From assembly GCA_965220855.1 (NCBI GenBank), contig CBDCQY010000001.1, positions 1,384,592 to 1,448,591 on the forward strand: DNA of 64,000 nt, in the 5' to 3' direction. The stretch's first letter is position 1, and each line of letters opens with the position of its first letter. This DNA comes from Alphaproteobacteria bacterium. Lineage in GTDB: Bacteria > Pseudomonadota > Alphaproteobacteria > Bin95. This document shows, piece by piece, positions 1 to 9,800 of the stretch. The translations under genes and the position numbers were made by a program. The notes under the pieces are model-generated. The model did no database searches and was not told the origin of the DNA. It was given only the letters and a program-made list of their open reading frames with translations.

Positions 1-614
1 ATCAGATAGGCGGTGTGGCCGGGCGTGTGGCCGTGCGCCGGCACGGCCGTCACGCCGGGAAACACCTCGCCGGAGCGGAACAGGCGCGTGGCGTCTTTCC
101 AGGGCGCGACCTGGTCCCGGCCGGCCTGGAAATAGAGCAGCTTCTCGCGTTCCGTCGCGCGGCTCATGGCGGCGTCGTCATGCCAGTGGCCCGGCTCGTT
201 CTCATGCATGGCGAGTTCGGCGTTGGGGAAGAGGCGCGCCCCGGTCTCGCGGTCGGAGAGGCCGGCGGAATGGTCGGGATGCATGTGGGTCAGCAGCACC
301 GTGTCGATATCGCCCGCCGCGACGCCGGCGGCCGCCAGATTGCGGCCGAGCCAGCCCGCCGTCGGGCCGAGATAGTCGCCGGAGCCGGTGTCGATCAGCG
401 CCGTCCGCCCGGCGGAGTGGACGACGAAGGTGTTGATGGCGATGCGCGGAGCCTGCCGGAACGCCGCCGCCATGACCGCCTCGCCGTCCGCCCGCTCGAT
501 GCCCTGCAGGATGGCGAGATCGCCGTTGAGATAGCCGTCGCTCAGCGCCGTGACCGTGATGTCGCCGATGCGCCGGTGATAGACGCCCGGAATCTGGCTT
601 GCCGGTATCGTCAT
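1..614 (-). CDS. MBL-fold metallo-hydrolase (metallo-beta-lactamase superfamily); 3' end lies beyond the window start
   Basis: I translated the reverse strand by hand from the ATG at 614..612: MTIPASQIPGVYHRR...LLTHMHPDHSAGL... This contains the HxHxDH zinc-binding motif. The ORF track misses it because it runs off the window edge. High GC3. Confidence 0.75.
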   Translation of the reverse strand, partial: MTIPASQIPGVYHRRIGDITVTALSDGYLNGDLAILQGIERADGEAVMAAAFRQAPRIAINTFVVHSAGRTALIDTGSGDYLGPTAGWLGRNLAAAGVAAGDIDTVLLTHMHPDHSAGLSDRETGARLFPNAELAMHENEPGHWHDDAAMSRATEREKLLYFQAGRDQVAPWKDATRLFRSGEVFPGVTAVPAHGHTPGHTAYL

Positions 615-689
615 GGAATCGCCGCCCTTCCGCATTGTCGAAGCCCGGATACAATCACGACCCGGTTCGCGCTTGCAAAGGAAAACCCG

Positions 690-1019
690 ATGGCCGCTCC
701 CAAACCCGCCGACCGCGAGGCCGTGCGCGGCTTCGCCCCGAAGCTGATCGAGATGACCGAGCGGGTCGTCTATGGCGATGTCTGGGAGCGGGATGCGCTC
801 TCAAAGCGCGACCGCAGCCTGATCACCGTGGCCACGCTGGTGGCGCTCGGGCGCGAGCGGCAGCTGAAAGGCCATGTCGGGCGGGCGCTCGACAATGGCG
901 TGACGGCGGAGGAACTCTCCGAGCTCATCACCCATCTGGCGCTCTACGCCGGCTGGCCGGCGGCGATGACCGCCGCTTTGGTCGCCAAGGACGCGCTCGC
1001 CGAGCGCGAGGCCGGCTGA
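690..1019 (+). CDS. carboxymuconolactone decarboxylase (CMD/AhpD-like) family protein
   Basis: C-terminal part of ORF 15..1019. ATG at 690 is preceded by AAGGAAAA. The 109-aa product MAAPKPADREAVRGFAPKLIEMTERVVYGDVWERDALSKRDRSLITVATLVALGR... is typical of the CMD family. The upstream part of the ORF is antisense to the MBL gene. Confidence 0.8.
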   Translation: MAAPKPADREAVRGFAPKLIEMTERVVYGDVWERDALSKRDRSLITVATLVALGRERQLKGHVGRALDNGVTAEELSELITHLALYAGWPAAMTAALVAKDALAEREAG

Positions 1020-1020
1020 C

Positions 1021-1037
1021 GGGGGAGGGGGGGGGCC
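1021..1037. repeat. G5-A-G9 homopolymeric G tract that forms the SD/RBS of the downstream gene
   Basis: The sequence gggggagggggggggcc lies directly between the TGA at 1017-1019 and the ATG at 1038. Confidence 0.9.
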
Positions 1038-2225
1038 ATGACCCGCATAACGCCGCTTGCGGTCGAGGAAGCCGTCGCGCGCGGCGCGGAGGTTCGCATC
1101 CATCCCGACCTCGCCCGGCTCGAAGTGATGCGCGCGCTGCTGCATCACCCGCCGCTCGCCAAGGCGATCCAGACGCTGCTGATCATGCTGCTCTACAAGG
1201 GCCGGGTGCTGGACGAGCGGCTGCGCGAATTGGTCATCATGCGCATCGCCTGGCGCATGGCGGCGCTCTATGAGTGGGTGCAGCACTGGCGCGTCGCCCG
1301 CGAGCTCGGCATGGCGGAGGGGGACATTCTGGGCGTGCGCGACTGGCGGGCCCACGCCGGCTACGGCGAGCCGGAGCGCGCCGTGCTCGCCGCCGTGGAC
1401 GAGACGCTCGACACCGGCGCGGTCTCGCCGGAGGCGATGGCGCGCTGCCTGGCGGTCCTGGGCGGTCCGGCCGAGGCGCTGGAGCTTCTGGCGGCGATCG
1501 GCAACTGGCGCATGTTCTCGGAATTGCTGCGCAGCCTGCATATTCCGCTGGAGGCGGGCGTCGCGCCCTGGCCGCCGGACGGCGCGGAGCCGCCCGCGCC
1601 CGCCATCGGCGTCGCCGGCGGCCGGGCGGGACGCGAAGGCGTGGAGGGCGCGCCAACGCTGCCCTTGCTCTCGCCGGAGGAGGCCGTCGCCCGCGCCCGC
1701 GAGGCCGGCATCGACGAGGGGCAGGCGCAGCGCGCGCCCTACCGGCTGCTGCTGCTGCATCCGCCGCTGGCGCGGGCGCTGAACGGGCTGTTGCGCCGCC
1801 TGCTCTATGAGGGCGTGCTGGACGGGCGGGTGCGCGAGCTGGTCATCATGCGCATCGCCTGGCGCACCGGCTCGGCGGTGGAGTGGGCGCGCCATGCGCC
1901 CTTCTGCCGCCGGGTCGGCGTCGGCGAGGCGGACCTGCTGGCGCTGCGCGGTCCGCTGGCGGAGACCGGCTTCGGCCCGGCCGAACTGGCGGCGCTCCGG
2001 GCCGCCGACGACACGCTGGAGACCGGCGCCATCGGCGACGCCGCCTGGGCGGCCTGCGAGGCGGCGTTCCCCGATCTGCCCGAGCGGCTGGAGCTGGTGG
2101 CGGCGATCTCGCACTGGCGCATCTATTCGCAGCTGCTGCGCAGCAGCGGCGCGCCGCTGGAGCCGGGCGACAAGGTGTGGACCCCGGACGGGCGCTTTCC
2201 GGAGGCTGAAAGGAACATGCCGTGA
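1038..2225 (+). CDS. tandem-domain carboxymuconolactone decarboxylase family protein (two CMD repeats)
   Basis: The 395-aa ORF has an internal duplication: ELVIMRIAWR occurs twice and each half has a CMD-like LLHHPPLA motif. Typical high GC3. Confidence 0.75.
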   Translation: MTRITPLAVEEAVARGAEVRIHPDLARLEVMRALLHHPPLAKAIQTLLIMLLYKGRVLDERLRELVIMRIAWRMAALYEWVQHWRVARELGMAEGDILGVRDWRAHAGYGEPERAVLAAVDETLDTGAVSPEAMARCLAVLGGPAEALELLAAIGNWRMFSELLRSLHIPLEAGVAPWPPDGAEPPAPAIGVAGGRAGREGVEGAPTLPLLSPEEAVARAREAGIDEGQAQRAPYRLLLLHPPLARALNGLLRRLLYEGVLDGRVRELVIMRIAWRTGSAVEWARHAPFCRRVGVGEADLLALRGPLAETGFGPAELAALRAADDTLETGAIGDAAWAACEAAFPDLPERLELVAAISHWRIYSQLLRSSGAPLEPGDKVWTPDGRFPEAERNMP

Positions 2226-2434
2226 CGCTTGAGCTGATTGCCGTCTTCGCCGTTGACGGCGCCATCGTCGCCGTCAATATTGCGCTCTTTGGCTGGCTGA
2301 GGGCGGACCTCGGCCAGATTCGCCGGGGCGTTGCCGGCCTCCGAGAGGGTCTCGCCGCGCTTGAAGCCCGGGTCGATCTGGCGCTCGCCCGGAGGCCATC
2401 GGCGGTTATCCCCGCGCCCCGACGCACGGGTTGA
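2222..2434 (+). CDS. small hypothetical protein (hydrophobic N-terminus, 70 aa), translationally coupled
   Basis: The GTG start overlaps the upstream stop (GTGA). Its own stop lies 4 nt before the SDR start. GC3 is ~75%. There is no recognisable family. Confidence 0.35.
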   Translation: MTLELIAVFAVDGAIVAVNIALFGWLRADLGQIRRGVAGLREGLAALEARVDLALARRPSAVIPAPRRTG

Positions 2435-2438
2435 AGGG

Positions 2439-3161
2439 ATGCTGCGCTTCGACGGCTATCGGGTGCTGGTGACGGGCGGGTCGAGCGGCATCGGCAATGC
2501 CATCGCGACCGCCTTTCGCGACGCCGGGGCCGAGGTGGTCGCCACCGGCACGAAGCCTCGCGACGCCTATACCAGCGACCTGGAGGGCATCGACTTCCGC
2601 ACGGTCGATCTGGGCGAGGCCGGTCAGCGCGAGGCGCTGGCGGCCGGCCTCGACCGGCTGGACGTGCTGGTCAACAATGCCGGCATGGTGGCCTGGCGGC
2701 GCGCGGAATATGCGCCCGAGACCTTCCGCCGCGTGGTCGAGGTCAATCTCGACGCCGGCTTCCATCTGGCGGTGCTGCTGCGCGACCGGCTGGCGGCGCG
2801 GCCGGGCTCGGTCGTCAATCTCTCGTCCATGACCGCCTTCGCCGGCAGCCAGGGCAATCCCGCCTATGGCGCCAGCAAGGCGGCGATCGTGCAGTTGACC
2901 AAGACGCTGGCGGTCGCCTGGGGCGGCGAGGGCGTGCGCGTCAACGCCATCGCGCCCGGCTATGTGCACACGCAGATGACCGACCGCTTCAAGCGGAACG
3001 CCGAGGCAGACCGCGCCATCGCCGCCGGCACGCCGCTCGGCCGCTGGGGCCGGCCGGAAGACATGGCCCGCGTGGCGCTCTTCCTCGCCTCAGACCTCGC
3101 CGGCTTCGTCACCGGCCAGACCATCGCCGTCGATGGCGGCTACGGCGCCGCCCTCGGCTGA
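2439..3161 (+). CDS. SDR family NAD(P)-dependent oxidoreductase
   Basis: MLRFDGYRVLVTGGSSGIGNAIA...NNAG...YGASKAA contains the TGxxxGIG and YxxxK motifs. ATG at 2439 is preceded by GAAGGG. The longer ORF starting at 2331 is an upstream extension. Confidence 0.85.
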   Translation: MLRFDGYRVLVTGGSSGIGNAIATAFRDAGAEVVATGTKPRDAYTSDLEGIDFRTVDLGEAGQREALAAGLDRLDVLVNNAGMVAWRRAEYAPETFRRVVEVNLDAGFHLAVLLRDRLAARPGSVVNLSSMTAFAGSQGNPAYGASKAAIVQLTKTLAVAWGGEGVRVNAIAPGYVHTQMTDRFKRNAEADRAIAAGTPLGRWGRPEDMARVALFLASDLAGFVTGQTIAVDGGYGAALG

Positions 3162-3207
3162 CGGCGCGGATCTGCGGCTTGCTGGCGCGGTCACAAATGC
3201 TTTTCGT

Positions 3208-3236
3208 TTGCTTGATATTCCAGCGCCTGCTAGTAT
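3208..3236 (+). promoter_or_regulatory. putative sigma70-like promoter (TTGCTT-17 bp-TAGTAT) for autotransporter copy 1
   Basis: The -35/-10 hexamers have 17-bp spacing, and their positions and sequences are conserved upstream of copy 2 (6732-6760) despite divergence in the surrounding sequence. Confidence 0.35.
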
Positions 3237-3285
3237 TGTGAGCATATTCGACGTGACGCCGGTAGGGCTGCTTCTGGGGCAGAAA

Positions 3286-6200
3286 ATGACAACTTTACTT
3301 CACAGAGCGCCTGTGCTGCGGGGCCTGCTTTGGTCCGCGCTTCTGGCCTGCGCGCTGATCGCCAGTCCGGCCTGGTCTCAATCTACCGGGGAGTGCAATG
3401 CCGGCGGTGGCGAAGGTGGAGATGGTCACCCTAAAGCAGATCCGCAGGGGACGGTCACGAAGCTGGCGGCATCGAATAAATACCGGATTGACGTGACCTG
3501 GCCGCGAGCCGACTTTACAGAAACCAAAAGATGTGACGAGACGAACTGGCATTCTTCGGAACTGGCGGTCGGAGATGGACAGACTTGCTATGTACAGCCC
3601 GAGGAGACCCAAGAACCGATTCGAGGAACCAATGCGGGCGGAAGCCTGCGAATTGACGTTACGCGAATCAGTTCGGCTGCCGAGCGCGATTGCAGTTATT
3701 CATCCGCTGGACGATATGAGGCTAAACTGCTTGCGGAAGATGATCTTCAAATCAGAGTATATACCATTTGCGGCTTCGCCGCTGACTTCAGCAACCCCGG
3801 CGACGCTTGCGCGTCCGATGTCCGAACCTTGAGCATCGACTCCGCGCCGCGCTTCGTAGAGTCGATTCCGGACCGGACGTGGAAGCAGCAGGAGGCGATT
3901 GCGACGGTTACGCTGCCTGTGGCCAGCGGCGGCGACGCGCCGTTCACCTATGCGTTGACACCGACGCCGCCGGCGGGGCTTGTATTCGACGCCGCCGCCC
4001 GGACGATCGCCGGCGCGCCGACCGACGCGCAGGCGTCCACGACCTACACCTACAAGGCGACCGACAACGACGGCGACGCCGTGGAACTGGTCTTCCAATT
4101 GGAGGTGCTTGCGCCGCCGACCTTCGGCGCCGAGAGCGTCGGCGATCAAAGTTGGGCAAGCAACAGCGCCATCCAGCCGCTCACCCTGCCCGCAGCAACG
4201 GGCGGCCTCCTTCCGTTGACCTACACGCTGAGGCCGGCGCTGCCGGACGGCGTTTCGTTCGACCCTACGACCCGGCGGATTTCCGGCGCGCCCACGGTCG
4301 CGCAGACTACGACGACCTACACCTATACCGCCACCGACAGCGATACGCCCGCCGATATGGCGACGCTTACCTTCACCATCGCGGTGTCCGGGGAGTTGAC
4401 CTTCGGTGGCGGCAATATCGAGGATCGGACCTACAGCACGGGGCTGGAAATTGCGCCGCTGCAGCTGCCCGCAGCGGCGGGCGGCGATCCTCCGCTGGTC
4501 TATACGCTCACGCCGCCGCCGCCGGCGGGGCTTGTATTCGACGCCGCCACCCGGCGACTGTCCGGCGCGCCGTCCACGCCGCAGGTCGCGACCGCCTACA
4601 CCTACACGGTGACGGACGGCCATGGCGCCACGGCGACGCTCGGCTTCGCCATTGCCGTTGACGAGAACAGCCGCCCGAGCTTCGGCGGCGCCGTCATCGA
4701 CGACCGGACCTACAGCCAGGGGCTGGCTATTGCGACCGTGCAACTGCCCGCGGCAACAGGCGGCAACGGTCTGCTGACCTACACGCTGACAGGCGCTCTG
4801 CCGATCGGGCTGTCGTTCGACGCCGCCAGCCGGCAGATCGCTGGCGCGCCGTCGAGTCTCCAGGCGGCGACGGGCTACACCTACATGGCGACCGACCGCG
4901 ACGGCGAGAGCGTGGCGCTGAACTTCACCATTGCGGTGGAGACCGACAGCAGCCCGAGCTTCGGCGGCGTCGGCGTCCCCGACCAGAACTATGCTCGCGG
5001 CGAAGAGATCGAGCCATTACAACTGCCCGCCGCGACCGGCGGCAATGGCGTGCTTACCTATGCGCTGACGCCGGCGCCGCCGGCGGGCCTCGCCCTCGCC
5101 AGCCGGCGGCTCAGCGGCGCGCCGACCGGCGCGCAGGCCGCCGCGACTTATACTTGGCGGGCGACCGACCGCGACGGCGACACGGCCATGCTGACCTTCG
5201 CCATCGCCGTGGAGGAAACCACGGAGGAGATGCGCCGGCTGGCGTGGGACGTGCTGGCGGATATAGGTCGGGCGTCGCTGGCGAGCGCGGCGGATACGAT
5301 CCACCAGCGCCTCGACACGCCGCCGGACGCGACCATGAAGCTGGCCGGCCAAAGAGTCGAGCTGATGTCTCTTGCATCGGGAAGTTTCCAGTGGCCGAAC
5401 CGCAGGGCTGTAAGCCAGTGGCTGAACGCTGACACCCTGCTCGCCCGGAGCGCTTTCCTTTTGCCGCTTGCGAAGGGCGACGGCGCGCGGTCGGACTGGA
5501 CCTTCTGGGGCCGTGGCGATCTACGCCGCTTCGAGGGCGGGCGCCAGCGGGCGAGCCATGAAAGCTCGCTCGCCTCCGGCTGGCTCGGCCTTGACGCGCA
5601 GCTGGGCGACGGCCTGCTGGCGGGCGCGGCCCTTTCGCGCAGCCGGAGCGAGACCGACTGGCGTCTGGCGGAGGACAAGGGCGAAATCGAGACCTCTCTC
5701 AACAGCGTCTATGGCTATATGCAGAAGAAGCTGGCTGCGGGCGGGGCGCTGCACGCTGCGGTCGGCGTCGGTTACGGCGATATGGAGCATGCGCCCGCCG
5801 GCGAGGATCGGACGAGGGCGGATCTGGACATGCTGCTGGCCTTGGCGGGAGGCCGCTGGCCGGCGGCGCGGAGCGGCGGTCTGGCGCTGTCGGTCACCGG
5901 CGATGCGGGTCTGGCGCGCATGGAGACCGATGGCGACGGCGACGACAGCCCGATCGCGGGTCTCAAGGCGGAGGTTTGGCGGCTGCGCGCCGGTCTGGAG
6001 GCGGCGCATGACGGTTTGATGCTGGCGGACACCGGTTCTGGCCTCCGGCTGACGCCGCTTCTGTCGCTCGCGCTCCGGCAGGATGGCGGCGACGGACAGA
6101 CCGGAACCGGCCTGGAGGCCGGGGCGCGCTTTGCCTTCGCCGGTCCGGGATCGCGCCTCGGCTTGGACGTGCATGGCCATTGGCTGGCGCTGCATTCCGA

Positions 6201-6606
6201 AAGCAGCCGCCGTGAGTGGGGCGCTGGTCTGCAAGCGACCTTGAGGCCGGATGTTGGCGGCCGGGGCCTCTCGCTCTCGCTCGGCCCGCGCTGGGGCGCG
6301 CCGGGTGGAAGCATGGACGCGTTGCGGAGCGACGACGCCTTCTCCGGGAGCGCTGCGCCGACGGACCGGGCTTCTCTGGCCGCCGGCGTCGCCTGGGGCA
6401 TGGGCGTGGCCGATGGCGGACTGCTGTCGCCCTTCATGGAACTGGACCTGGCCGGGGGCGAGGACGGCCGTCGGCGCTACAGCGCCGGAGCGGAACTGGG
6501 CCTGGCCGAGCAGCGGGTCCGGGCCCGACTGGCGGCCGAATGGATCGACGACAGCGCGGAAGGCAACGAAACCGGCATCGGCGTTCGCTTGCGTCTGCGC
6601 TTCTGA
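3286..6606 (+). CDS. type Va autotransporter adhesin, copy 1: Sec signal, Cys-rich tip domain, ~8 putative-Ig (He_PIG/cadherin-like) repeats, C-terminal beta-barrel translocator
   Basis: ATG at 3286 gives MTTLLHRAPVLRGLLWSALLACALIASPAWSQ as signal peptide. Repeats have the pattern LPxAxGGxxPLTYTL...GLxFDxxTRxxSGAPT...TYTYTATD. The C-terminus shows WTFWGRGDLRRFEG and alternating beta-strand patterning and ends ...GVRLRLRF, the aromatic terminus of an autotransporter barrel. Confidence 0.85.
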   Translation: MTTLLHRAPVLRGLLWSALLACALIASPAWSQSTGECNAGGGEGGDGHPKADPQGTVTKLAASNKYRIDVTWPRADFTETKRCDETNWHSSELAVGDGQTCYVQPEETQEPIRGTNAGGSLRIDVTRISSAAERDCSYSSAGRYEAKLLAEDDLQIRVYTICGFAADFSNPGDACASDVRTLSIDSAPRFVESIPDRTWKQQEAIATVTLPVASGGDAPFTYALTPTPPAGLVFDAAARTIAGAPTDAQASTTYTYKATDNDGDAVELVFQLEVLAPPTFGAESVGDQSWASNSAIQPLTLPAATGGLLPLTYTLRPALPDGVSFDPTTRRISGAPTVAQTTTTYTYTATDSDTPADMATLTFTIAVSGELTFGGGNIEDRTYSTGLEIAPLQLPAAAGGDPPLVYTLTPPPPAGLVFDAATRRLSGAPSTPQVATAYTYTVTDGHGATATLGFAIAVDENSRPSFGGAVIDDRTYSQGLAIATVQLPAATGGNGLLTYTLTGALPIGLSFDAASRQIAGAPSSLQAATGYTYMATDRDGESVALNFTIAVETDSSPSFGGVGVPDQNYARGEEIEPLQLPAATGGNGVLTYALTPAPPAGLALASRRLSGAPTGAQAAATYTWRATDRDGDTAMLTFAIAVEETTEEMRRLAWDVLADIGRASLASAADTIHQRLDTPPDATMKLAGQRVELMSLASGSFQWPNRRAVSQWLNADTLLARSAFLLPLAKGDGARSDWTFWGRGDLRRFEGGRQRASHESSLASGWLGLDAQLGDGLLAGAALSRSRSETDWRLAEDKGEIETSLNSVYGYMQKKLAAGGALHAAVGVGYGDMEHAPAGEDRTRADLDMLLALAGGRWPAARSGGLALSVTGDAGLARMETDGDGDDSPIAGLKAEVWRLRAGLEAAHDGLMLADTGSGLRLTPLLSLALRQDGGDGQTGTGLEAGARFAFAGPGSRLGLDVHGHWLALHSESSRREWGAGLQATLRPDVGGRGLSLSLGPRWGAPGGSMDALRSDDAFSGSAAPTDRASLAAGVAWGMGVADGGLLSPFMELDLAGGEDGRRRYSAGAELGLAEQRVRARLAAEWIDDSAEGNETGIGVRLRLRF

Positions 6607-6708
6607 GCTACGCCTCCCGGATTGCGCGCTGAATGGGGACGGCCGCCGGAACGGTCGATGAGGTCGCCAACGCCCTTCAGAGGCCCGTGCAGCGCCTCGG
6701 GCGAGCTG
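6607..6708 (-). pseudogene. remnant of the 3' region of the coxL-like gene, a duplication scar (last 23 bp plus an internal ~60-bp block)
   Basis: Positions 6607-6629 match 10687-10709 (the coxL stop region). Positions 6642-6701 match coxL 11141-11200, which encodes LPEALRGPLEGVGDITDRSGG. About 420 bp between the two blocks is deleted. Antisense ORF 6477..6740 translates to ...SPEALHGPLKGVGDLIDRSGG. Confidence 0.7.
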
Positions 6709-6731
6709 ACGCGGTCACAAATACTTGCCAT

Positions 6732-6760
6732 TTGCTTCACATTCTGACGCCTTCTAGTAA
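6732..6760 (+). promoter_or_regulatory. putative sigma70-like promoter (TTGCTT-17 bp-TAGTAA) for autotransporter copy 2
   Basis: Same architecture as upstream of copy 1. Confidence 0.35.
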
Positions 6761-6810
6761 GATAAATGCCTTCGACTTGACGTCGGCGGCGATGCTTCCG
6801 GGAGCATAGA

Positions 6811-9800
6811 ATGACAACTTTGCTTGACAGAGCGCCTGTGCTGTGGGGCCTGCTTTGGCCAGCGCTGGTGGCCTGCGCGCTGATCGCCAGCCCGGCCTGG
6901 TCGCAGTCCCAGCAGTGCGAGTCTGGCGGTGAAGGTTCATCTCATCACCCTAAAGCAGAACCGAAGGGGACGATCACGAAGCTGGCGGCGGCTAACGAAT
7001 ACCGGATTGAGGTGGCTTGGCCGCTCGCCAGATTTACGGAAGACGGCAGCGTCTGCTCCAGCACGACCTGGCATTATCCGTTTCTGTCAGACGCGGGCTC
7101 ACGAAGTTGCCAAATCGACCCCGTTAGCGACCACGCCATTGATGGAGACAATTCAGGCGGGAGTCTGCAAGTCGATGTCACACGGATCGACTCGGGTAAC
7201 CCGAGTTGCGACTATATAAGCACAGGGCGATACAGGGCCAGCCTGCGCGAGGAAGATAGTCTAGGTATCAACATATATACCATATGCAGCCTTAGCGCAA
7301 ATACCTTTAGAAACAGATTCGATGCTTGCGAGTCCGATTTTGTGACCCTTAGTCTTGCTTCCGCGCCGCGCTTCGAAGAGACGATCTCCGACCGGACCTG
7401 GGAGCAGTATGCGGCGATTGAGACGGTGACGCTGCCTGTGGCCAGCGGCGGCGAAGCGGCGCTCGTCTATACGCTGACCCCGGCGCTGCCGGCAGGACTT
7501 TCGTTCGACGCCGACGCCCGGACGATCGCCGGCGCGCCGACCGACGCGCAGGCGTCCACGACCTACACCTACAAGGCGACCGACAATGACGGCAATGCCG
7601 CATTGCTTACCTTCCAGCTGGAGGTGGTGACGCCGCCGCTGACCTTCGGCGGCGAGAGCATCGACGATCAGACCTGGCCCATCGGCCGCGCCATCCAGCC
7701 GCTCACCCTGCCCGCAGCGGCGGGTGGCCTCCTGCCGTTGACCTACACGCTGAGGCCGGCGCTGCCGGACGGCGTTTCGTTCGACCCTTCGACCCGGCGG
7801 ATCTCCGGCGCGCCCACGGTCGCGCAGACTGCGACGACCTACACCTATACCGCCACCGACAGCGATACGCCCGCCGATATGGCGACGCTTACCTTCACCA
7901 TCGCGGTGTCCGGGGAGCTGACCTTCGGTGGCGGCAATATCGAGGATCGGACCTACAGCACGGGGCTGGAAATTGCGCCGCTGCAGCTGCCCGCAGCGGC
8001 GGGTGGCGATCCTCCGCTGGTCTATACGCTCACGCCGCCGCCGCCGGCGGGGCTTGTATTCGACGCCGCCACCCGGCGACTGTCCGGCGCGCCGTCCACG
8101 CCGCAGGTCGCGACCGCCTACACCTACACGGTGACGGACGGCCATGGCGACACGGCGACGCTTGGCTTCGCCATTGCCGTTGACGCGAACAGCCGCCCGA
8201 GCTTCGGCGGCGCCGTCATCGACGACCGGACCTACAACCAGGGGCTGACTATTGCGACCGTGCAACTGCCCGTTGCAACAGGCGGCAACGGTCCGTTGAC
8301 CTACACGCTGAGGCCGGCGCTGCCGGACGGCGTTTCGTTCGACCCTTTGACCCGGCGGATTTCCGGCGCGCCCACAGTCGCGCAGACTACGACGACCTAC
8401 ACCTATACCGCCACCGACAGCGATACGCCCGCCGCTGTGGCGACGCTTACCTTCACCATCTTGGTGTCCGGGGAGCTGACCTTCGATGGCGGCAATATCG
8501 AGGATCGGACCTACAGCACGGGGCTGGAAATTGCGCCGCTGCAGCTGCCCGCAGCGGCGGGTGGCGATCCTCCGCTGGTCTATACGCTCACGCCGCCGCC
8601 GCCGGCGGGGCTTGTATTCGACGCCGCCACCCGGCGACTGTCCGGCGCGCCGTCCACGCCGCAGGTCGCGACCGCCTACACCTACACGGTGACGGACGGC
8701 CATGGCGCCACGGCGACGCTCGGCTTCGCCATTGCCGTTGACGCGAACAGCCGCCCGAGCTTCGGCGGCGCCGTCATCGACGACCGGACCTACAGCCAGG
8801 GGCTGGCTATTGCGACCGTGCAACTGCCCGCGGCAACAGGCGGCAACGGTCCGCTGACCTACACGCTGACAGGCGCTCTGCCGACCGGGCTGTCGTTCGA
8901 CGCCGCCAGCCGGCAGATCGCTGGCGCGCCGTCGAGTCTCCAGGCGGCGACGGGCTACACCTACATGGCGACCGACCGCGACGGCGAGAGCGTGGCGCTG
9001 AACTTCACCATTGCGGTGGAGACCGACAGCAGCCCGAGCTTCGGCGGCGTCGGCGTCCCCGACCAGAACTATGCTCGCGGCGAAGAGATCGAGCCATTAC
9101 AACTGCCCGCCGCGACCGGCGGCAATGGCGCGCTTACCTATGCGCTGACGCCGGCGCCGCCGGCGGGCCTCGCCCTCTCCAGCCGATGGCTCAGCGGCGC
9201 GCCGACCGGCGCGCAGGCCGCCGCGACTTATACTTGGCGGGCGACCGACCGCGACGGCGACACGGCCATGCTGACCTTCGCCATCGCCGTGGAGGAAACC
9301 ACGGAGGAGATGCGCCGGCTGGCGTGGGACGTGCTGGCGGATATAGGTCGGGCGTCGCTGGCGAGCGCGGCGGATACGATCCACCAGCGCCTCGACACGC
9401 CGCCGGACGCGACCATGAAGCTGGCCGGCCAAAAAGTCGAGCTGATGTCTTTTGCATCGGGAAGTTTCCAGTGGCCGAACCGCAGGGCTGTAAGCCAGTG
9501 GCTGAACGCTGACACCCTGCTCGCCCGGAGCGCTTTCCTTTTGCCGCTTGCGAAGGGCGGCGGCTCGCGGTCGGACTGGACCTTCTGGGGCCGTGGCGAT
9601 CTACGCCGCTTCGAGGGCGGGCGCCAGCGGGCGAGCCATGAAAGCTCGCTCGCCTCCGGCTGGCTCGGCCTTGACGCGCAGCTGGGCGACGGCCTGCTGG
9701 CGGGCGCGGCCCTTTCGCGCAGTTGGAGCGAGACCGACTGGCGTCTGGCGGAGGACAAGGGCGAAATCGAGACCTCTCTCAACAGCGTCTATGGCTATAT

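Noticed and set aside
15-689. 5' two-thirds of ORF 15..1019
   Set aside because: This part is antisense to the partial MBL-hydrolase gene. Only 690..1019 (CMD family, own RBS) is real.
801-2114. 437-aa minus-strand ORF, plus several nested 100-190-aa ORFs between 1237 and 2427
   Set aside because: Antisense or off-frame to the CMD and tandem-CMD genes. Arg/Pro-rich junk translations.
3700-8823. Minus-strand ORFs 3700..4743 and 7261..8823, and repeated 68-aa plus-strand ORFs (4406, 7928, 8486)
   Set aside because: Off-frame or antisense readings of the autotransporter repeat region. Their repetition simply mirrors the coding repeats.
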